A stretch of DNA of 13,687 bases from assembly GCA_964645535.1 (NCBI GenBank), contig CAZYCQ010000069.1, positions 941-14,627 of the forward strand, read 5' to 3'. The position numbers and the translations under genes are program-made. This document shows positions 8,231 to 13,687 of the stretch, one piece after another. How positions within the stretch are numbered: the first letter of the stretch is position 1; the number at the start of each line of letters is the position of its first letter. The notes under the pieces are model-generated. The model made no database searches. It was given only the letters and a program-made list of their open reading frames with translations, and was not told the DNA's origin. The stretch comes from an uncultured archaeon (GTDB lineage Archaea > Asgardarchaeota > Heimdallarchaeia > Heimdallarchaeales > Kariarchaeaceae).

Positions 8231-9234
8231 AGGACTCCCTCCAAAAATCCCAAAAGTTCGTTCTTTATAAGACCTGGACTTGTCACCATTATTTTGACTG
8301 GTTCCAACTTGGTTTGTTCTTCCTGCATTTTCTTAAGGCTTTCTGTATCAATAATTGGAGTTCCTGATCTATACCCCAAAAAAACTGGACTTTTGAAAGT
8401 ATGGCCCCTTTCGGAAACAAGAGCAATAAACTTCTGCACGTCCAGACCAACACTGCCTTCACCAAAAAAAAGGGAGGGGCCAAAAGGTGCCACTCCATCA
8501 GAGACGGTGCATAATAGCAATTTGGGACTGAAATCAACCAAAAACTGGCTTGCCTTCGGGGGATAGGTCAGTCCCATAATCGAATCGAACAGGATATCCA
8601 CCGCATCCTTCACCCGTTCCACCCGATTGGTAACCATAAACTTTCCTGGACCCACCTCTGAAATCTTTGTCTTATTTTTCTTAAGCAGCTCCTCTGGCAT
8701 CTCAATTATGTCTCCCCAATTCCTGAATGTCCCAATCCTGTCTAGATCCAACACCATATTTCCCAAAAACCAACCCGAAGAGAATTGAGTGGAGTAAGGA
8801 AGTGGGGTATCATCTTCAAGGTGAAGGAATCCTTTTTCCGTTGAGATGTTACTCTCCAACGACACCAAGTTTGTAAGAAGGAGTGGGGCAACCCTGTTGG
8901 CACTGGCCACCCGAAACCTAAGGGGATCATCCTGCTCTGGAGGATTTCTGAAGGGATGGCTGTATCCGAAAATATCATCCTCTAGAAAGGTTATTGGGTC
9001 TAGCACATTGGTTCCTCTTCCATTGAGCCTGTCGTAATAGGAGGGTTCATCCCTCAAAAATGCAAAGGTATCTCTTAGAAGCTTCTTCCATGATTGAACA
9101 GACATGTATGGAAATTGACTTCCCTTGTATACAAATCGTTTGATTTCTGTTACAGGATAATTTCCCGCAGAGGTTCCCGACCCATTCAAGAACCCCCCTT
9201 GCAGGTTGTACAAGACTGTGCAACTCAGTATCAC
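8227..9234 (-). CDS. cas7: Second, diverged Cas7 paralogue (cas7b), about 335 aa
   Basis: Colinear with 4957..6051: FLNGSG, PYMSVQSWKKLLR, LDPITFLEDDIFGY, GFLHLEDDTPLPYSTQF. Start moved from the track TTG at 9321 to GTG at 9234, because homology begins there and it is preceded by AGGGAG-tatt (cas8 has GGGAG-tcct-GTG). Confidence 0.88.
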   Translation of the reverse strand: MILSCTVLYNLQGGFLNGSGTSAGNYPVTEIKRFVYKGSQFPYMSVQSWKKLLRDTFAFLRDEPSYYDRLNGRGTNVLDPITFLEDDIFGYSHPFRNPPEQDDPLRFRVASANRVAPLLLTNLVSLESNISTEKGFLHLEDDTPLPYSTQFSSGWFLGNMVLDLDRIGTFRNWGDIIEMPEELLKKNKTKISEVGPGKFMVTNRVERVKDAVDILFDSIMGLTYPPKASQFLVDFSPKLLLCTVSDGVAPFGPSLFFGEGSVGLDVQKFIALVSERGHTFKSPVFLGYRSGTPIIDTESLKKMQEEQTKLEPVKIMVTSPGLIKNELLGFLEGVL

Positions 9235-9378
9235 AATACTCCCTGAAATGGGTTGGAAGGCATCCAATTTAAGGTTTTTGCAGACCGGCTTGAAAGTGAA
9301 GCCGAAGGAAACGTGAAACAAAAAATTTTTTTAGTTGAGATGAGTAGAACATTGTAACCACTTTTGTGGGGGGATGGA
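9235..9378. promoter_or_regulatory. Divergent promoter region between the interference and adaptation operons
   Basis: It is the only gap between divergently oriented operons. Contains an A6T7 tract (9320-9332) and inverted repeats at 9253-9267 and 9286-9304. Promoter elements cannot be placed exactly. Confidence 0.6.
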
Positions 9379-10287
9379 ATGGAAAAATTCGTCAAGACAC
9401 TACGAGGATATTCCTATTTTGTTGAAAAATCCAACCTCAAGCTTGTCCTCTGGCTTGAAACATTTTGGGGAGCATACAGGCCGGTAGATGCTCTCTCAAT
9501 CAAAAGGATCGAGGTTGGTGAATATATCTGCAAGGTCTGCAACAACTATTCGGATCACCTTGAGCAAGGTTATTGCCAAGATTGCTTTCAAACTGATGAA
9601 ACTCATCAGATTTGGTTGAACTGCCTATACAACAGACCAGATTCCTTCATCAACACCATTGGATGCTCAAAAAAAGACCCTTCCTGCGGTATTCCTGAAC
9701 ATGTCCCTAAATGCTTCACTCGTTATCTCCTTTATTTGGGACGTATAGGCGACATCATCAAGGTCGGCATCACCCGTAAAAACAGACTCGGTGGCCTCTG
9801 GGGAAGATTCATTGAGCAGGGGCTGAATGAGGCATTGGTTGTGGACTCCCTCGAAAACCTTCCTGTAGCCAGTGATGCAGAAAGGTGGTTTAAGGAACTG
9901 GGGTTCGGAGATTCAATACGATACGCTGAAAAAGTCGAACAACTTTCTCGACAGGGAAAACCATTGGAAATCGGAAACCTAATCCCTGTTGCATTTGAGA
10001 ATGGCCTCTCCACTTCGTTGTTCGATACTGGACTGTATGTTCCTCGACTGCTTGACAGCTTTCCACTTCACCTATGGAATGAGCGGTTTCCCAACAGCGA
10101 TCTGAAACATCTCCTTGTCTTTCCAGATGCTGGCTTCCCGGATCTTGACCTTTCCGAATTTTCAGTTCGGGGAAAAATTGTTTGGTTTCAGGGATCCATG
10201 CTCGTCTCCTCCCTTAAAGGCAGAAATTACATCACAAACATGGAAGACCTTCTCCATCGCGAAATCATTGACTTTAGGAGGTTCTAA
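9379..10287 (+). CDS. DUF2797-like protein: Cys-rich Zn-binding region plus GIY-YIG-like putative nuclease core, about 302 aa
   Basis: CKVC..QGYCQDCF..C..C..C..C followed by YLLYL..IKVGITR..RFIEQG..ALVV..AE, and C-terminal GKIVWFQGSMLV, match my recollection of the DUF2797 pattern. ATG at 9379 follows GGGGGGA and is preferred over the track TTG at 9364. Confidence 0.75.
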   Translation: MEKFVKTLRGYSYFVEKSNLKLVLWLETFWGAYRPVDALSIKRIEVGEYICKVCNNYSDHLEQGYCQDCFQTDETHQIWLNCLYNRPDSFINTIGCSKKDPSCGIPEHVPKCFTRYLLYLGRIGDIIKVGITRKNRLGGLWGRFIEQGLNEALVVDSLENLPVASDAERWFKELGFGDSIRYAEKVEQLSRQGKPLEIGNLIPVAFENGLSTSLFDTGLYVPRLLDSFPLHLWNERFPNSDLKHLLVFPDAGFPDLDLSEFSVRGKIVWFQGSMLVSSLKGRNYITNMEDLLHREIIDFRRF

Positions 10288-10289
10288 AA

Positions 10290-11297
10290 CTGGTTACCAT
10301 AATCATCACAGAAATTGGTTCAAAGTTGCAAATCAAGAAAAACCGATTCTTGATCACCCATGGTTTTTCAAAAAAACCTGTTTCCGAAATCCCAATCGAC
10401 ATTGTTGATCAGATAATTTCGGAAACCAGTTGTACGATCACAGGACAGGCCATGGCTGCCCTTTCCACTCACGCCATCCCCTTTGTGTGGGTTGGTCCTG
10501 AGAACAGACCGCTCTACATCCTTCCTTCCTATCAAAACGGATTGGCTGCCCTTCGCAGACGACAATACGAGGCCCTGGACAATAACAAAGGGTTGCATAT
10601 CGCCCAGCAGATCGTCCTGAAAAACATAAAGAACAGGATAACCTCTCTGTCGAAATGGGAGAGGCAATATTCCATAGGACTTCAAGCTCATATCACGCAA
10701 ATAAAGAGCTTCCTCAAAAAGCCTCCCGAACTCAAATCTCCACTGGAGGAATGCAGAAACCAATTGATGGCGTTCGAAGCCAAGGCTGCAAAGGAGTACT
10801 GGCAAGGTTTTGCACTGGTTGCTGAGTTTCATTACTGGCCATTCAAGGGACGCACCAAGCGTCCGGCAAAGGATGGTACAAATTCACTGCTCAATTACGG
10901 CTATGCAATCCTTGAAGGCCAGGTCCTAGCTGCCGTGACCATCACAGGATTGGATATCTATGCGGGGTTTCTCCATGCAGATCGATCCGGACGCACTTCG
11001 CTTCTTCAGGATATCAAAGAGGAGTTTCGACAGGTTCTGGTTGATGAGGCATTGGTACAACTCATGTCACAAATTCCGTACGATGCAACCCAATTTGAAA
11101 AGGAAGGATCTGATATTCGCATTGGTGCTGAAATTAAAAAACAATGGGTCCAGCTTCTTTTCTCGAGACTAGACCTAGAGTTCGGACAACACACCCTTCG
11201 TCGACATATTGTCCTGCAGGGTAGAAAACTCTCCAGTTACCTCATGGGCAAGAGGAAAACCTACACTCCATTTTCTAATAAGGTGAAATTTCCATGA
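10290..11297 (+). CDS. cas1: Cas1 integrase (probable CTG start at 10290; track start 10326)
   Basis: Motifs FEAKAAKEYW, NSLLNYGYAIL, GFLH and DIKEEFR. The frame extends upstream as (M)VTIIITEIGSKLQIKKNRFLI, a typical Cas1 first strand. AGGAGG at 10276-10281. Confidence 0.95.
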   Translation: MVTIIITEIGSKLQIKKNRFLITHGFSKKPVSEIPIDIVDQIISETSCTITGQAMAALSTHAIPFVWVGPENRPLYILPSYQNGLAALRRRQYEALDNNKGLHIAQQIVLKNIKNRITSLSKWERQYSIGLQAHITQIKSFLKKPPELKSPLEECRNQLMAFEAKAAKEYWQGFALVAEFHYWPFKGRTKRPAKDGTNSLLNYGYAILEGQVLAAVTITGLDIYAGFLHADRSGRTSLLQDIKEEFRQVLVDEALVQLMSQIPYDATQFEKEGSDIRIGAEIKKQWVQLLFSRLDLEFGQHTLRRHIVLQGRKLSSYLMGKRKTYTPFSNKVKFP

Positions 11298-11653
11298 AGC
11301 TACAAGTAATCTCCTATGACATCCCCGACGATAGTATCAGGCAAAAGGTTGCTGAGGTTCTGAAAAATTATGGCCTTATCAGAATTCAATACTCCGTCTT
11401 CAATGGATTGTTGCCGAAGGCAAAGATGAAAGACCTTTTTCGTGAACTAGAGGATATTCTCAGAGATGACGTGGGCGATATCGCAGTTTTCGAACTGTGT
11501 GAATCCTGCCAAAAACATACGACTACAATTTACTCCGTTCCGGATGAGCAGCCCCCTGAAAAAGAGGAGCCTACCAAACCAGAAAATCCAAAAAAGAGAA
11601 CTGCCAAGAAGGAAGATCCACCAGAAAAAGGAAAGGGGGTGCTGATTTTCTGA
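11294..11653 (+). CDS. cas2: Cas2 with a charged, Pro-rich C-terminal extension
   Basis: Motifs VISYDIPDD, LKNYGLIRIQYSVF and LCESC. ATGA overlap with the cas1 stop; AGGTGA RBS. Confidence 0.95.
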   Translation: MKLQVISYDIPDDSIRQKVAEVLKNYGLIRIQYSVFNGLLPKAKMKDLFRELEDILRDDVGDIAVFELCESCQKHTTTIYSVPDEQPPEKEEPTKPENPKKRTAKKEDPPEKGKGVLIF

Positions 11654-12195
11654 GGGTTTTTGCCGAAGAGCTGCGTCAGTTCATTTATTGCCCGCGCATC
11701 CCTTTCCTCCGGTTAAATTTCGGTTACCGGGGAACCACCTACAGCATGAAAAAAGGATCTACCTACCACGCGAAAAAGGCAGCAAGAAACTACGGTTTCA
11801 AGAACTGCGAGACATACTATCAACTTTATGTCGAATCAAAAAAACATGATATCGTATCCGTTCCCGATGTCATTTTAAAATTTCATGACTACATTGTCAT
11901 CCTGGAAAACAAAAGGTTCATCCAAGGCAGGCCACCGTTTTCTGTCATCGCCCAAGCGGTAGCTGGTGGAATCTGTGCAGAAGAACATTTCAACCTACCT
12001 CTCCGTGAAGTCCGAGTGGTTGGCTTCAATGGTGCCACCACAAAAATCCTCGTCACCCAAAGGTTAAGGGATCAAGTCCTCCAAGCTATTGGCCGACTCA
12101 AGGCAACCCTACGTGAATTGGAGGCTCCAGATCCAACACCTGACACAGGAAAATGTGACGCTTGTGAATATCGCAATGTTTGTGGAACAATTTAA
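11650..12195 (+). CDS. cas4: Cas4 nuclease (probable CTG start at 11650; track start 11746), about 181 aa
   Basis: The in-frame upstream sequence RVFAEELRQFIYCPR supplies the first Fe-S cysteine. RecB-like PDV..LENK motif; C-terminal CDACEYRNVC. Confidence 0.92.
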   Translation: MRVFAEELRQFIYCPRIPFLRLNFGYRGTTYSMKKGSTYHAKKAARNYGFKNCETYYQLYVESKKHDIVSVPDVILKFHDYIVILENKRFIQGRPPFSVIAQAVAGGICAEEHFNLPLREVRVVGFNGATTKILVTQRLRDQVLQAIGRLKATLRELEAPDPTPDTGKCDACEYRNVCGTI

Positions 12196-12675
12196 TAAAT
12201 TAACTAGAACAATTAAAACATTTGTCTAATTCAATACTTTAGTGCAAGTGCGCAGGCCAATTTGTATTCTTGGTCCCGAGCAAAGCAATTTGTTTCCAAA
12301 AAAACTGAAAATTTATTTTAAATAATAAAACTATCTGAAACATTGTCTAAAAATACGAAGGTCGAATTTCCTGTGGAACTCATTTACTCTACAAATATTT
12401 TTAAACTCAATCTTCAGATTTTTTCAAATATGAACAAATGATTCTCTAGACAAAATGCGAGATTTAGGTTTCTGTGGTCTGAAAGTATATCTGGTTCAGA
12501 AATTGATATGATTTGCCAACTTCAAAGGCTGAAGTTCCCGAATTTTTGGTGCGATTCTGAAAGTGCAAAATTTTGCATCTCCACTTCGGGAAAATGCTCT
12601 GTACAATCTCGGATTCGCGCACGTGCGTTTTCAGAAATGCTTATTAGAGAGGCTGAGAATGGAGAAAACATAACG
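12196..12675 (+). promoter_or_regulatory. AT-rich non-coding region containing the leader of array 2
   Basis: 480 bp between the cas4 stop and the first perfect repeat. AT-rich tracts (e.g. 12301-12332) and several palindromes. Confidence 0.8.
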
Positions 12676-13670
12676 GTCTCATTGACTGAGAATCCTAGTA
12701 ATAGGTTGAAACTGACAAGATCAACGGGAATGAAATTATCATCAGAATCGTCTCATTGACTGAGAATCCTAGTAATAGGTTGAAACGATCCATATCAGAT
12801 AATATTCATATCAGCAAGAAGATGTCTCATTGACTGAGAATCCTAGTAATAGGTTGAAACTACTGCAAGACGTGCAGATCGCACAGCAGGCCGAGCTGTC
12901 TCATTGACTGAGAATCCTAGTAATAGGTTGAAACTGCCGTGATGGATGTGTCTGTGGCATACTTGATACTCGTCTCATTGACTGAGAATCCTAGTAATAG
13001 GTTGAAACGTTATCAAAAGTAATATAATCCCTTCTTTGTTCTATAGTCTCATTGACTGAGAATCCTAGTAATAGGTTGAAACGTATGAGATGCCTCCCCA
13101 TTCCTTTGCAAGGGTTCTGTCTCATTGACTGAGAATCCTAGTAATAGGTTGAAACGTAATTCAGGCAATCGAAAGAAGCGTTTCAATGAAAGGTCTCATT
13201 GACTGAGAATCCTAGTAATAGGTTGAAACCTATGAAGCATGGCCAGCATATCCTGCGGCACGTTCGTCTCATTGACTGAGAATCCTAGTAATAGGTTGAA
13301 ACCTACTGATCCAGAAGAAGGTGACATGATCCATTTTCTTGTCTCATTGACTGAGAATCCTAGTAATAGGTTGAAACCCTCTTGTGATGACGGTTATGCT
13401 GGTGTATGCCTCCAGTCTCATTGACTGAGAATCCTAGTAATAGGTTGAAACATCCTGATCCGCCTTGCTGAGTCCCTTGCTTTCAAGTCTCATTGACTGA
13501 GAATCCTAGTAATAGGTTGAAACTATCATCTGAAACTGGAGAATACCAATAATCAGCAGTCTCATTGACTGAGAATCCTAGTAATAGGTTGAAACGTTCT
13601 TTGTTCATGTTAACACCTACACAACATTATGTTGTCTCATTGACTGAGAATCCTAGTAATAGGTTGAAAC
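12676..13670 (+). CRISPR. CRISPR array 2 (leader end): 14 identical 37-bp repeats, 13 complete spacers of 35-38 bp; probably continues beyond the right edge
   Basis: Repeat GTCTCATTGACTGAGAATCCTAGTAATAGGTTGAAAC starts at 12676, 12750, 12824, 12898, 12972, 13046, 13119, 13193, 13266, 13341, 13415, 13487, 13559 and 13634. Confidence 0.99.
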
Positions 13671-13687
13671 GACTGAAGAGAGCAGCA

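Noticed and set aside
9288-9319. TTGAAAG and GTGAAAC as remnants of a mini-array in the divergent region
   Set aside because: The matches are limited to the short 3' handle, the spacing is wrong, and the rest of the repeat is absent.
9235-9321. 29-aa N-terminal extension of cas7b from TTG 9321
   Set aside because: No RBS, it starts in a T-tract and has no Cas7 homology. GTG 9234 has an RBS and matches the paralogue.
821-11194. Numerous short antisense or alternate-frame ORFs in the track (e.g. 821-1024, 1724-2101, 6821-7282, 8054-8566, 10368-10832)
   Set aside because: They overlap well-supported genes and show no recognisable motifs, so they are treated as shadow ORFs.
12216-12476. Degenerate direct repeats in the distal leader (AAACATT(T)GTCTAA twice; AAAAT.CGA...CTGTGG twice)
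   Set aside because: Short, imperfect and in AT-rich DNA; not distinguishable from chance.
12508-13424. ORFs 12508-12759 and 13239-13424
   Set aside because: They are read-through of leader, repeat and spacer DNA; VSLTENPSNRLK is the translated repeat.
68-13633. Self-targeting spacers or spacers duplicated between arrays
   Set aside because: None seen by eye beyond chance 9-mers (e.g. GTGGGAGAC in two array 1 spacers). An exhaustive alignment was not possible.
1-13633. Spacers tend to end in a pyrimidine (only one ends in G)
   Set aside because: The sample is about 24 spacers, too small to interpret without protospacer matches.
1-13687. Host assignment to Archaea, or a CRISPR-associated transposon
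   Set aside because: GGTGA-type RBSs and the repeat style only weakly suggest Archaea. There are no tns/tniQ genes, and cas3 is intact.

Overview
The whole window is one CRISPR-Cas locus of class 1, type I (Cst1/Cst2-like, provisionally I-B). It is flanked by two + strand arrays with 37-bp repeats that differ at one base. A minus-strand interference operon (cas7-paralogue, cas8, cas7, cas5, cas3, cas6) and a plus-strand adaptation operon (DUF2797-like gene, cas1, cas2, cas4) diverge from a ~145-bp intergenic region. Unusual features: (1) two full-length, diverged cas7 genes; (2) a Cys-rich DUF2797/GIY-YIG-like putative nuclease coupled directly to cas1; (3) apparent CTG start codons for both cas1 and cas4; (4) a long Cas8 that may carry three tandem small-subunit-like helical modules; (5) a double-hairpin repeat whose variants all keep a GNRA tetraloop. 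Family calls come from motifs recognised by eye; no searches were run, so novelty is unverified.
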